DNA of 63,623 nucleotides, the filler included, from Phoronis australis (taxonomy: Eukaryota > Animalia > Phoronida), in assembly GCA_002633005.1 (NCBI GenBank). It is 9 parts of 9 records of this genome, joined end to end, with 100 filler letters (N's around TTAATTAATTAA, not from the genome) between each part and the next. Parts side by side here need not be neighbours in the genome. Positions count along the whole stretch, not along the records: positions 1 to 26,560 come from NMRA01001330.1; 8 more parts are not named here. One strand, 5' to 3'. The number at the start of each line of letters is the position of its first letter. Position 1 is the stretch's first letter. Below the pieces are notes generated by a model. That model was not told the origin of the DNA. It saw only the letters and a program-made list of their open reading frames with translations, and did no database searches. A program made the translations under genes and the position numbers. This document shows positions 1 to 13,400 of the stretch, in pieces.

Positions 1-239
1 GGGGATTATTTGTATGTTTATGTTCTTCCAAATACGTGCAAATCATAACTCGCCAACAAATTGTACGAATACGTTGAGGGTAATTGACTTAGTTATATAT
101 GGGTTTATAGTTAGAACAGCTCAGTTGGTTCACAGTATTATAATTCAAATTTTCAAATTGGTACAACTGATTTACTCTGTTGAAATGTACCTTTTGATAG
201 AATTAGCTTTCATTTCACTCGTCCTGTGGGGCTTATGGT

Positions 240-720
240 TATGCAGGACCTTAGAAAATTATGATCCAATTTTGTCCCACTTCGGAACATCTTAGCAATG
301 GCTGATCGGATTCACGTAAAACGTCCAGAAACGGCTTGATACATTGTTCCCAAAAGCAACTAGCGATTGTTTTAAAATATTCTACTTTTGTATAAAGGGC
401 TATCAAAAATGTTGCTTATTAATAAATGTTTTTTAAAGTTGCATAAAACGAAAACGAAACGAGAACTTAGAAAAGAAAACCGTAACAGAGTTTTTGAGAT
501 TTATCTTTAACATTTACGTGAATATCATACAGAATTTTGCTGTGTTAATAGTATTCTCGTATTGCTATGGACGAAGTCGTGTTTTTTGTCAAATTTTATT
601 AAAAAGCAAGGTCACCTGACTTAGTGGCAGATTGGTATAAACTCAAGTCAAAATTCAAATTTTACATGTACATAATCTCTACTTTAATAAAACATGTAAA
701 ACATGCACTTTTCCCGAGTA
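240..720 (+). repeat. Dispersed non-autonomous repeat family, copy 1
   Basis: Shares blocks such as cttgatacattgttccc and cagattggtataa with ~2600-3000; related inverted sequence at ~9940-10350 (ggagaacaatgtac). Boundaries approximate. Confidence 0.55.
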
Positions 721-872
721 AAATTCTATAATTTTGTAGATTTTTGGCTGAATGTGCATGTATAGTTTTGTCGATAAGGTCCTACATTACCTTTAATTGT
801 TCATTGATCACTAAAATGAACCCCCCCCCCCCTCAGAGCGTGACCATTCGGTGAAACATTGCTTGTGCTGCA

Positions 873-1284
873 NNNNNNNNNNNNNNNNNNNNNNNNNNNN
901 NNNNNNNNNNNNNNNNNNNNNNNNNNNNNNNNNNNNNNNNNNNNNNNNNNNNNNNNNNNNNNNNNNNNNNNNNNNNNNNNNNNNNNNNNNNNNNNNNNNN
1001 NNNNNNNNNNNNNNNNNNNNNNNNNNNNNNNNNNNNNNNNNNNNNNNNNNNNNNNNNNNNNNNNNNNNNNNNNNNNNNNNNNNNNNNNNNNNNNNNNNNN
1101 NNNNNNNNNNNNNNNNNNNNNNNNNNNNNNNNNNNNNNNNNNNNNNNNNNNNNNNNNNNNNNNNNNNNNNNNNNNNNNNNNNNNNNNNNNNNNNNNNNNN
1201 NNNNNNNNNNNNNNNNNNNNNNNNNNNNNNNNNNNNNNNNNNNNNNNNNNNNNNNNNNNNNNNNNNNNNNNNNNNNNNNNNNNN
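873..1284. other. Assembly gap (N run)
   Basis: Uninterrupted run of N; the poly-X ORFs in the ORF track are artefacts of it. Confidence 0.99.
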
Positions 1285-1512
1285 GTGGCTTCCACATTCC
1301 GAACGCGGCTAGGAAATTAGCAAGCAGAACCATTTGATCCCGGGAAATTCATTCCGTTCCAGCATCCTGGTGGTACGATAAAATCCAGATCGTGACTCTC
1401 TTTAAAAAGTGTCACGACACAGTTGTTAAAAAAACGAAAAATAATAACACTTAAAGTCGCTCAAAATACTTCCCCTGTGAACCAACAAGGCCAAAATACC
1501 TAATTATACGAT

Positions 1513-1665
1513 CAGGAGCGGATCCAGGATTTTGAGTTGGTGGGGACCGACCAGGGTAGAGTATTAGCCAGGATTTTGCCCTTCAGACATTCGTACCCCG
1601 AAGTGCCAAATGGAATATGGGATAATTTTAGGGGGCTATGGTTCCTCCCCTTAAATCCGCCACTG
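1513..1665. mobile_element. hAT-type MITE (CAGGGGCGGAT/ATCCGCCACTG termini), copy 1
   Basis: Starts caggagcggatccaggattttgagttgg and ends taaatccgccactg; a closely related copy lies at 9553-9704. Confidence 0.75.
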
Positions 1666-2403
1666 TTATTGGTTAGACATCTGTTAGAACTTACTAAATC
1701 TGCTGTCACATGCCTGGTAGTAAACACAGCAGAGTTGGATTTGAGACTTTCGCTTCTGAAACTGGACTCGAGTCCTATTTTTGGGTGGATCGTGCGCATT
1801 GGATAACATTGGTTTTGTCGGTTGAATGCGTGATATTGATTGACTGTGGCATAAGAAGGTTAAAAGCCTTCCTAGGCAACAGAGTCAAACGTTGACGAGG
1901 GTCTCTTTGTTAGAATTATTAAAAACACAGGTTATATTGATCTAAGGTGAATTATTTATAAACCGTTCTTCTTTAGCTGACACGAAACCAACAACTATTT
2001 GTACGTAATATAATTTATTTGAATTCCTGGCACATTTTTCCTACATGGTAGACCGTATTTTTTAAGATGCATTGCTGTGAACTAGAGTTAATCGTAACTT
2101 TATCTTCGCTGCGTTGGAGGGGGCAAAATAAAACCCTTTTATCGGATATTCATCTATAAATACACTGCCCCGATTTCAGACGTAGACAACAATAAAACGC
2201 CTACATTTGAAATCAATATATTGCTTCTTGATCTTCCACGACTCGTATGTTCAAAGAACGACATCTTCTTAGAAGACTTGATAGCACAATTAGTTATTGT
2301 ATCACAGCGCGCTCTCTTTTATCAATTTAGGTACATGTAGCTCCTCAACAATGAAAAGACTTGTGTTGAAAAGCAGGAATCAATACATCGATGTTGAATC
2401 TGT

Positions 2404-2591
2404 GCGTTCTATTGCCTGTGTTCACGGTCGTACAGTTTCTTAATGGATTAAACTGCAATCACAAAGATTTATTTCACCGACTGACTTAAATATACTGTAT
2501 TAAATATGCGTTCTATGGTCTGTGTTCACTATCGGACAGTTGCTTAATTGATTAAACAGCAATCGCAAGGTTTTGTTTCACCGACTGACTT
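2404..2591 (+). repeat. Tandem duplication, period about 103 bp
   Basis: tgcgttctat...gtgttcac...tttcaccgactgactt occurs twice in direct orientation. Confidence 0.8.
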
Positions 2592-3008
2592 GAATACAAC
2601 GAACCCAAGGTCAAATCGGACACTAAACATGTCCGCATTTGGTTAACTTCTGAACTTAATATCTCGAATCCCAATAAAACTTTAAGATAATATACTTGAT
2701 ACATTGTTCCCTAAAACACCGCAAGGCGTTGTCTGTAAAATGCTCCACTTTAGCAAGAAGGGATATCAAAAAGAACTTTTACGATTTTCATGAAAACATT
2801 CAAAAACTGCATAAAAGGGAAACAAAATTGATGATTTAAACGGTAGCAGCGTTTTTGATATTTCACCTTGGACATTCTTATTAATTAAAAGTTGGCCATG
2901 CAGTTGAAACCATTGTTTTTCTATCAATGAATCCTCTTTTTTGCTAAATTTAAAAAGACATAGTCGCGTGATCCAATCAACGACAGATTGGTATAACAGT
3001 CGAAATCT

Positions 3009-3750
3009 ATTTTTTTGTTTATTTTATTATTTATTATCATCGATAAACAAGTACAAATGCAAACAAACTAACAAATAAGTACACCCATTCATTCGCGCAT
3101 GCTCACCTCAGGAGAGACCATTCTCGTATCTCGTATAAAGTAACTAACTTCTACATGGAGTTAACGCCAACAATAAAATTTTCCCATTTCGTAGAGAAGC
3201 TGTCACATACAAAATTTTCATATGCAATTATTTTTTCAGCATTACAGTACTCATGATTATATGCTATAAACTTGTGAAAATTAGGTATATTTTTGTGACA
3301 TCTCTCCTTGTGAATATACTATTTGGCTAGTAAAAGCAAAATGTTAAATAGAAAATCATGTGTCTCATAAAGCCCATAATTCAAGAATGACACGTTCGTA
3401 AGGTAGACACTTGGGAAGCTGAATGAGACACCATTGAAGTAGTTTTCTGAATTCCTTCCAAACATATTTTACAAGACGACATTCCCAAAAAAGTGTGACA
3501 TCGTTTCTGGAGCTTCATTACATAAAGGAATATAAGTAAGAATCCCAGACATGGATTTTGATTAAAAACTAATTGTTGAATAAATCCTGTGTAATATTCT
3601 AAGTAGGAACCATCTAATGTTGGGATCCTTGGGGATTTCAATCTAAACTATCTCCTAACTCTATTTCTCATTTACTCTGACTTAGAAGGTTTTCTTAACG
3701 TCGTTAAAGACTGAACAAATATGTCTACAACCCTTCAAACCTTTCTGTAA
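3009..3750 (-). mobile_element. 5'-truncated L1/Tx1-clade LINE (ORF2 C-terminal Cys-rich region, 3' UTR, A-rich tail)
   Basis: Minus-strand translation across frameshifts gives IRWFLLRILHRI...LCNEAPETMSHFFWECRLVKYVW...LFNILLLLAK.YIHKERC...KWENF, followed by aataaaataataaaataaacaaaaaaaa. The 5' limit is approximate. Confidence 0.8.
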
Positions 3751-5938
3751 GTGAGTGATCGCTAAGTGCATGCAAGGAGAATAGTCATTAACACTTTAAA
3801 ATTTACTTTGCAATAGACTTTTTGAAACCTTTTTAGAACAGTAACAACACCATGCGCGCATTTATCATAAATGGGAAGGAGATTAGAAACTCTGGTAGCC
3901 ACAGAGTTTTTCCTTCGCACGTATTTCAAAATCGTGATTTTTTATTTTCTCTGAAAATTTTCTTACATGGGAATATCGATTACTGTGTACTGGACGTTGC
4001 GAGATGGTACTTTCGTCAGGAATTGTTTAAAAAATATTTTTGACGACCTTTCGCGTTCCAATGTCTCTTTAAAAGAATTGAGGACCCAGACTCTGTGCTA
4101 CAAAACGACATTGTGCATATTACAAAATTATTTTCATCGAGCAGTATCAGGAGGAAAATGGAGACGGACTGAGAAAATCCCTACTTGAGCTACTGCCATG
4201 TGGCAATTATTGAAAAATCTCAATAATAAGACAACATACACCATTTATTAATCTCAACTTGTAGACCTTCCTATCTGACATTAGAAACACAAAGAACTGA
4301 ACAACTGTTGTTGCTGCGTAAGAATGCATTCAACTAACCTGGAACTTGCAGGCTCGTCATTGGATTCGCCCACTGCAATACCACTGAAGTAGATTGGTTT
4401 CGTGACCTGGCGATAGATAGAGCTACTAGTTGGAGACTGTGACCATCCACTCGGCACCATTAAGTTTCCCACAATGGCCAATAGGTCTCTCACCAAGTCC
4501 TAATCGTCACGCGGAGCGCCAAGTGGGATCATTCTGCTGATGATAGCGTTGTCAACTTGCACGTAAGAAAGCCACCAATATGGCTCCAAATCTTTGCCAG
4601 ACGATAATTACCTGAGAAATATTCGAGAAAAACACATGTACACCAACCTGCAACGATCACTTCCCGGCAGTCTACATTGCATATGTACAGTGTATGCTGA
4701 AAACCTTTCCGCACCGAAGGATTTGCTTCAAGGTGATGTGTTGAAGTTGTTTGTAGCCGGACATAATTTCGTTTCCCATTTTGTCTTACTTTCTGCATTC
4801 ACTGTGCTTGCAATTCCCACTTACAAAAACAAACACAAAAACCTGCACACAGTATTGGTGAACTATAAAGAGTTAGGCTAAATCGAGACGCGCTGGACTA
4901 TTTAATGAGAACAAAAACGTCGACTTGAATTGAGTTATTTTTCGAGAATCTCATGGCGGCACGGCAACTGGGCACAATAGGCGATGATGGGGCTTCTTAT
5001 GCAAAAATGAATGTTTTAAATTCCAAAATGGGTTTTGGACAACAGTCCATCAAACATAATAAGTTCCATATGAATCGCATCAGCCATATTATGTTCCAAA
5101 TTAAGCCAAATTGGACATTTTCTAGTGTTTTACGTAACATTATTTGTTGACAGTGTCGAATTTATAGGAGGGCCTCCCTCCAAGAGAGGAATTAGCAGGA
5201 ATGGGAGACCCTTGACACTTTGAAAGGTTGTATCATTGAAAACTGAATAAGAGTTACACATCGTGTGGTCACCTTCCATAAAAGGTTTAGTACCGCTACG
5301 ATTTCACGAAAACAGGGAAACACTTAGAGGCAACTGATTACAGCGCTGAGACACTCCTCTGTGAGCAGCCCCTTTAGTTGAAAGGATACACATAGGAAAA
5401 GAGGGAAGAGTGGCTACAGATGCATTAGGTTCTCAGTTCAATGTCAAGTGATATACAGATTCTCATAAAACAGTGAAAGAGAGCGATGGATCGTTCCATT
5501 TTTCCAGTTCTGAAAGGTGTCTACGGGGAACTGCAGCTTCTTCTTCAACTTGCAAACATGAAATACGTACGATTGAGAATCTGTTTTTTTTTCGTACATT
5601 TGCGATGTACATGTATGTGTGACCAAGAGCATGTTTCCAAGGGCATTTCGATGATCTAAACTACTAAAATTGCCTATACGCCAAACACAGATACATTGGC
5701 CACTGTCCAAAGGATAAATATAACATTGCATGGTCGTTGGTATATGTTCTCGCAGAAATTTTTCTCTCTTCTACATATTTCGCTGTGCCTTTCTGCTCCG
5801 ACTACGTGGGTAACCACGGTTATACTCTGCACTCCCGTAAATTGCCGCGAAGGCCCAGAGTAGGTGAAGCCGAAGTCGCGAATACAAACTCAACTAATTT
5901 ACGCTTCGATCGTTAGCCAAATGGCTGAACGTATCTAA

Positions 5939-6360
5939 AGTTCCGTTTAGACATCAACTTTTGATCCAGCGAAACTGACACGGAGCAACTTGATCGGTGG
6001 CAAGTGGCTGTTTACACACGCAATTTCAGTAACTGTGGCAAGACGGAAATTGTACGCTGGAAAGTGGAATCCACATGCGCAAATTTTCAAATAGTGGGAG
6101 TTGCAGAGACAGAGAACCCGTATGTAGGTCATTGCGCAAGCGCTGTAGAGATGATCCTTTCCGCCTTGCCCCAGTTTCGCGTTTAGACACATAATTGATA
6201 GGGAACAAGATGTTCGAGCATAAATTGCCTCACCTCACAAATGGGTGGCAAAAGTTGTCACCGCGGTGTCAATTTGCTCCGTGTCAGTACCGTTTACACA
6301 CTGGAACATCTCGTTCCGTGTCAGCTGATCCGTGTCAACTTTTGTAGTGTAAACAGCACT
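5939..6360. mobile_element. Harbinger-like MITE
   Basis: Imperfect TIR agttccgtttagac / gtgtaaacagcact, internal gtttacac and ctgacacggag/ctccgtgtcag subrepeats, TAA-like flank. Confidence 0.5.
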
Positions 6361-6368
6361 TTTATCAT

Positions 6369-6503
6369 GTGCATAGGTTAATTCTTGTTAGAGGCGTAAA
6401 ACAATTATTTGCAGCGTAAAGATAACTTTTAACGGCTTAAAGTAATTATTTGAGGGCGTAAAGTAATTTACTTTACGTCTCTAACAAGAATTAACTTACG
6501 CAC
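6369..6503. mobile_element. Small MITE with ~32-bp TIR
   Basis: gtgcataggttaattcttgttagaggcgtaaa is the near reverse complement of tttacgtctctaacaagaattaacttacgcac. Confidence 0.75.
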
Positions 6504-6531
6504 GTAATTTAGGTGCGCAGCTTTTATCGTA

Positions 6532-6738
6532 GTCCAAGTGCGCTATAAGTCTTATTAATTACACAAATAATTCGTAATTTATTCCATTTATAATTGTTTA
6601 GACAATCAGAAGCCAGGAATAATTATTGTAATTAATGTTTTTTACTGTAAGTAATATTTATTTCGGAAATAAATCAACCAATCGGATGCCAGGAATAATT
6701 ACTGTAATAAATACATCGGACTTATGTTGCACTTGGCC
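6532..6738. mobile_element. TA-flanked MITE with GGCCAAGTGCGACATAAGTC-type TIR, copy 1
   Basis: ta|gtccaagtgcgctataagtc ... gacttatgttgcacttggcc|ta, with internal aataattac/gtaataaat subrepeats. Confidence 0.75.
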
Positions 6739-6749
6739 TAGCTACTATA

Positions 6750-7062
6750 GGCCAAGTGAGACCTAAGTCCGATTTATTAGTGTAATGATTCCCCGATTTA
6801 TCCCAGTAATAATTCTTTAGACAATCAGAAGCCAGGAATAATTACTGTAATAAATATTTATTACTGGAATAAATATTAATTTCAGTAATAGATATTTATT
6901 ACAGTAATTATTCCTGGGATCTGATTTATTCCACTAATGAATATTTATTACTGTAATAAAAGCTAATTAGAGCAATAAATATTTATTACATTAATTATTC
7001 TTGGCTTCTGGTTAGCTAAAGAATTATTACTGGAATAAAACGGACTTATGTCGCACTTGGCC
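6750..7062. mobile_element. TA-flanked MITE with GGCCAAGTG TIR, copy 2
   Basis: ta|ggccaagtgagacctaagtccg ... cggacttatgtcgcacttggcc|ta, 11 bp from copy 1. Confidence 0.8.
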
Positions 7063-9552
7063 TACGATAAACGTTCACCCATTTGGCAAACGATACTCTT
7101 CTCCGCAAACACCACGCCTCATGCACTCATGGTTGTAGCTCCGCTCTCATCTGTGATAGGGTCACATCACGAAATTGTAAATGCTACCTACTCGTCTAAA
7201 AAGCACGGTTCCTGAGCTACAAACTCTGCTCTGGTACCAAAAACACCCCTGGGTTCACTTCTACAATGTGTCCTGTTTTCACTATCACCGTGGCAGGTCG
7301 ATATGGTCTTCGATTTGATATGAGACGGTATATAAGTCAATCTATCCTATCGCGGCTCAAGTCGCTACATGTACGTCTCCGCGTACTCGTTACATACCGG
7401 GCGGCTTACTATCTCGGCCGCCTCAAATCTGTTCGTCTTCCCGTTTACCGCACTGCCAAGGCCGAGTCCGAGTTAGACTCTGCACCGTCTGCTGGATAGC
7501 TCCTTTGATAGCGCACTCTCCTTTTCCGTGTCAAGATCTTCCTTGATAAAATGGATTGTTTTCAGTTACAGCCACTATTTATATTTTCCGTTAGTTTTTG
7601 TTCTCCCGGGAATCCCACGAAGACCATTGTCGGTTCGATAACATTGTTTTGAGACAATAGTGTGTTGAGAAGAATGTCAAACGTGTACCACCGACACAGG
7701 AAATCGTTGGCGAAAGCATACACAGGAACCAATATCTGCACATGCGCAAGTATATGTACATGTACATGTATACGCCACTTCCTCCGTCCGAGTGAAACGA
7801 TTTGGTTACCCGTTCACACTTGCGAAGTACATATCGGCTAAGAATTAATTCCGCTCGAAACCTCCTACTAAAGCAGATTCGATTACAACTAAATCGGCGG
7901 CGTTTACACACGCTCCGCAAATTGTCTTGAACCTAAAACCGGGCTTAACCGATTTAATGTTCCTATAGTGTAAATGGGGTATCATTCTTTGGTGAATTTG
8001 CACGTGGTTCCAATACAAGTCACCATTGTCAGTTAGTCCTGTTTTATGTGTACTGGCCCGGGTTTAGTAAGTCAACGAGCTGAGAATACAGGTTCAAATC
8101 CGTGGTCATGTGTGCGTCGGGTGGTCTGTAACCTGTTTGCGGCTGCGAATATTTTCATACGCAGTGAACTTCGTTATGTTATGGTTTTGTCGTCGTGTGC
8201 ACTCGCACTTTCACAAACAATATTTTCTAAATACCTAATGTGCTCAGTGGATTAGAGGTTCTACACGGTCGCGACACTGATCTTTTGAGGCTTAATCATT
8301 ATAGGTCACCTGATGTCAGCGTATGGCATGTGAGGAATTTAAAATAATTTTTATAAAGGGTTCTTCACATCAAAACACGAACCAAAGCAATTGATTTTAA
8401 AAGTGGCGTTGCATTGAGGCTTTGAGGAAACAGCCGACTAACCCCAGTAGGCCTAGTTGTCATTTATCGTGACACAGGGCAAGTATAGCAAAATTAATTA
8501 AAATAAATCACTTGTCGAATTGGTTTACCGGTATTTACGGTGGCCCGAAAGTATCATCGCTACTTTTGTTTAAATATTTTTTCATTTTTCATTTTCCACC
8601 TAGGTGGAAATAATTCAACCGACTTATCATTTGTATAAAATGTTTGGATGGAAATTGCGCTGTGATTTTGGAACTCCGCAACGGGACATTGAAAGCTCAT
8701 GTTGCTATGGAGACACATAGCAAGCAACTGCAACAAACTAATTAAACTACGTGCTGTTTACTTTGGTGGTATTAACATGAAGCATTAACTTCGTTGTGTC
8801 TTCTTTTACTGTTAGGCAAAACGAAGGTCTACAAATGTACGTGTTCCGTTCCAATTTTCATAAAGGCAACCACATTTGGCCGAGAGCTGATTTCGTTCCA
8901 TACACGTGTGCCTCCACACACACGCGGGAGCTACATGTACTCAATGGCTAGCATAGTAACCTAAACAATAGCTGAACAGAACTCGAGCGGGCGAAGGCCG
9001 CATAACGCATGATAGCAACTAATAGGAAGGTCCATCTGCACCATTCGCAGCAACAGCAACCGTACGAGGCCAACAATACCACCCCAGTTACCATGACAGC
9101 TATATTCGGAGAAAAGTAGTGCAACGCAATCTTGAACGGAACGCTCAGCAGCCACTGGTGCGGTACTCTCGTCAGTTGACGACGGACACTCGTGACGACT
9201 GGCTGAGTCTTGGTGGAGTGCTAAAATCGCGGTAAGTTTTTTACGCTTTTGTAGCTGACGTTGTATGACATTTAAAACATCCAATTATGCATTTACAAAA
9301 TTTTGAATTGCACATTTTATCACCAAAGTAACCTATATGCTGTTCTTACCAAGTAGAAGGTACCGTTTAACAAAGCTGTCCCTCGTCTGTGCCGCCTCCT
9401 CTCGGCGTAGCTGGCAGCTAATTGCTTGATGCTAATTATTTTGTCCAAAACAACCATTCTCACATAAAGCAGGTGCTCAGAGTGTAGTTTGTTTATGTCA
9501 TGTGTGGGTTTTCGTGCACTCGTGCGTTTGCGCTTTAAATTTAGCTATTTCT

Positions 9553-9704
9553 AGGGGCGGATCCAGGATTTTGAGTTGGGGGACAGGCCATAGTATTAGC
9601 CAGAATTTTGCCCCGTCAGACATTCGCACCCCCGAACTGCCAAATGGAATATGGGAGAATTTTAGAGGGTCCATGGCCCCCTTGCCCCCCTAAATCCGCC
9701 ACTG
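9553..9704. mobile_element. hAT-type MITE, copy 2 of the 1513-1665 family
   Basis: aggggcggatccaggattttgagttgg ... tgccaaatggaatatggga ... taaatccgccactg; flanks share atttct. Confidence 0.75.
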
Positions 9705-12700
9705 ATTTCTATCGTGATTTTGAGCGGAGTTTCTTCAAAAAGGTGATGATTGTCTTTTTACACTTCTGGGAAATTAAAAATAAAAACAAAATGAAAATAG
9801 CCTCTGCGACGATGTTTTATTATAATTCTAATTAAATGACCGTTGAATTACTGAGCTGTTGAACAAGACCGTCTGTAACGTAATTATATGAAAATCTCGG
9901 TTCTCTTCAAAAACTGATATTTAAGCAGATCTTAATTTCTCACCATAGCAAAAAACCTGCACATTCAGCCAAACGTCTACAAAACTGAACAATTTACTTC
10001 AGCAAAAGAAAATATCGTCTAAAAGTGAAAAGAATTGAGTTCTTTTCAGTGCAAAACACACAAAAACATGACATAAATGCTGTTTCACATAAATGACTAA
10101 ATGTCAAAAACGCTGTTAAAATTTTTAAATTATCGTTTCGTTCACGTTTTATGCAACTTTCTACCGTTTCATAAAATTCACCAGTCTTATTTTTGGCCGC
10201 TCCTCTTGTGAGAGAGGATTACTTGGCGATTTCTTATAGAACGTTTGGAGAACAATGTACAAAGCATAGTGCAGTGTATGTTAAAGTTTGGTATGAATCC
10301 GATGAGTCTGCAGGGATAAGGTAATCAAATTTTAACCAAATTTGAGATCTGTGTGTGTATGTATGTACACATGTATCTGTATGTATCTGTATGTAACTAT
10401 GTACATGTATGTGTCGCTTTGTTTGAGGACGGACTACACAGTTCAGTTTAATGTTTGAGGAAAACTTGACTCAAATTTTCATGCATTTGTAATCTAAGCT
10501 GGATGGTAGTTTGACGTTGAACATATATTCTGACAGAAATCCGACATCACGATATGTGGGGAATTCTGCTGAGGATTGCTCCGTAACCCCTGGTAATTTC
10601 ACAGGCAATCATCACAGTCAGGAACTGTGTTTATAACTGACAGATAAGAAATACCAGGGGTGTTATCTGCTTACCGGTTAAACCCGAAAATTTGCGGAAG
10701 AGATTTTTTCCCGCTATTTTTGGTTTCCGATATAAAGGGACGTGATCCAAGACAATAGGTATGCGTAGCGCAGAACACAATGCGCTGCACTTTGGACCAG
10801 GAAAGACAATGTATCAAGTTTACGCCTACAGTATGTTGCCAGAACATACTGGCCATATTAAATAGACATAAGCGGTCTTACGGTAAAATGCATTTTGAGG
10901 ATTATTGTTGGAGAGGGCAGACTTCTTGAAGCAATACGTGTTTACAATACAACTAGGACTTCTGACTTTCAAAAATAACTAACCGAATTGTGAACTTTCA
11001 TCTTTGCGAGACAAGTAGACGTGAAAGGAACACTGACGTCATTACATGTAACAGAGCAGTAACGTGAAAACTAGAGTTAGAAGTTAATATTGGATGATTA
11101 TGAAATATGCACGATGAAAAATTCGACCACAGGGAGTAGGCCTATGCGGCAACACTCATCAGAAACATTCATGTTGCAGTGGAATTTAACAAAAAATGTG
11201 TCAGTTACGGGGGTCCTTGTAGTCTCATCTTAATGTCTATCTGATTTGTGCTAAAGTTGTCACGGTCACTTGCGCATAAAGCAACAACATTTTGACACTC
11301 AAACTCGACAATGAATGACACATGTTACACACGCGTCTATGAATGGGTGTTGTAACATCCGGGCATAACGCGACATGATTATGGCGTAAGTTCTGAGAAC
11401 CTAGGAAATTAGGTTCGTTCATGCCAATTGAACATTGTGGAGGCTATAACCGAAAACAGTTAAAAATGTGACGGCGTTTCCGCTCAATCTCCGATTTAAG
11501 AAATTGTAGTGCAACTTATCGCAGGGTTTCATTGATTTCTTAACGTTAATTTGAGTAGTGAACTATTAATCTGAAGCACGCGTCGGTCAAAATTTAATCC
11601 ATACAATTTCTAATTATCTACACGGAGCAGTATTTCCTCTTAAAGTTAAACAGAAAGGACATTGAGTTTCTTCTAGATCATTATTGTGTCCACTTGATGT
11701 TGGCCGGGGAAGAGAAATGGATTGGTAGGCTGGAAGAGTATCGATTTTTATTAATGGTACAGCTGAAATGGGACGTCCAAGAACGAAAGCTTGAATTTCT
11801 TGTAATCCGCAATATCTGAGATTTCAAACTAGTATTTCATAACTTATATTGCGGCTTTGAGGTCTCAGCACTAATATACCAACGTTTCCGGATTGACGTG
11901 GTTTGTAATTGATAATACAAGTTTGACCAGTGTCAATTCTTTTTTGCCAGAAGTGAAGAATGTGCTTTCTATGAATATACGGCAAGCTAAATAGTAGTGA
12001 TCATTCACGGATTTGCAAGATACGCCGCATCTGAAATGTACGCGCACGCACACTTGCTGCGCACACGACCATACGCGACTTGACATTTAATGAATACATG
12101 TAGATGTAAAAATAATATACAAGAAAATAATTAAAGAAAAAATTAAATACTTAGTTAGTCATGTTTGAGTAAAACACATTTTTATATTTTTGTACCTGCT
12201 TGTATTTTCGATGCCATCTGACTGTCTTACTAGGTTGACTGGTTCCACCTGACTGCCTTTTGATACACCGATGGATTTAACAAAACGCGACAGTAAAGTC
12301 ATGCTTTCTACTGAGTTGCCAAATGTTTGAATGTTTTCTCCTAATTTTGAGACACACGTGTACTTTATGCTCTATGGTCACTAGGATCTGCCTCCCGTTC
12401 AGTAACGCTAGGACCTCCTCAAAAAGCAAGACTTCGCGAGGCCACTTTTGCTGTCATAAAATATGTTTGGTTTCGTTGATTTACCCCATTAGACCTGCTT
12501 TCTAACCTTCATAGCGAGAAGAGCTGCCATTCTGTTCTTGCTTCAGTCCAGGCCCGTTTTTCACTGTTTCACTGAGTAGTCAGGGCAGTGTAGCCAACAG
12601 GGAAATTCCTGGCTCTAATGCACGTGAAACCAATTTAAATAAAGCATAAAAACGTCATGACGTTGGTTTGGAAGATAGAAGTTACGCCTGTGAAGAGAAT

Positions 12701-13064
12701 TGGGCGTTGTTTAGCGCTTCTAAATATTTGCTACTCTGTTTTACTCACTAGGTGTTTCGTATAAAGGCCCATGGCCTGAATGCGCGAATGGACAGTACAG
12801 CGAAGGTATTACTCAATGATCCGATTAGCACCTCGTATAGCCCTGTTACACAAGGTTTCTATTGACCAGTTTGGATTTGAAATTAAGATTTGCGCTTCAA
12901 GATTGATAGAAATCCGCAAACTGGGCAAAAATTTTATAGATCTTTGAACTAGGTCAGACGCTAGAGGCTGGCAGCTGGATTGAACTTGCCGAGGTTAGGA
13001 TTATAAATAACTGCCAGTAAGGGCAGAACTGTGTATACAAAACCAAACAACCCAGCTTCGGCGA

Positions 13065-13400
13065 TGCCTTGTAGTTGAATTCCAGGCATCATGTTGGGAG
13101 CCGGAGCGTGGCCTCCCAAAATACTAATTGTTGTTTTAACTTCCCCCTCAGATGACATGTTTTTGTAGCCACATCCGCCCGTACAAATTCCATCACAACA
13201 GCTTTCACTAAGAGTTTTAATACATAAAAGCATACACAATCCTGATCGAATTTTGGTGAGTTTAGTCAATCCTCGTTCCCTTCCGCTGCTAAACCACCTT
13301 TGGTCTCTCATTTGACAGTATTCGACCAACATCGGTTTCACACCGTGCCATATGTTATGGATCATGTGATTTGGTGATGCATGCAGTTGTAGGATCTCCC
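13065..13400 (-). mobile_element. Degenerate DIRS-type retrotransposon fragment (gag end / RT start)
   Basis: One minus frame reads LRGKLKQQLVFWEATLRLP, resembling the GRLKxxxxFW motif at the start of DIRS RT ORFs; many stops. Confidence 0.4.

Noticed and set aside
801-1333. ORFs of 153-166 aa in the ORF track
   Set aside because: They consist almost entirely of translated Ns.
4339-4612. Exon-like minus-strand segment with AG/GT boundaries
   Set aside because: All three frames contain stops and no family is recognisable.
8961-9284. 107-aa ORF and CpG-rich segment with a plus-strand gtaagt donor at about 9232
   Set aside because: No recognisable domain, acceptor or partner exon; it may be a 5' exon or TE remnant but this cannot be supported.
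10671-10900. Faint resemblance to the P2X7 C-terminal-like domain of Kolobok elements (YRKTAY..WQH)
   Set aside because: Needs several frameshifts and the matches are too short.
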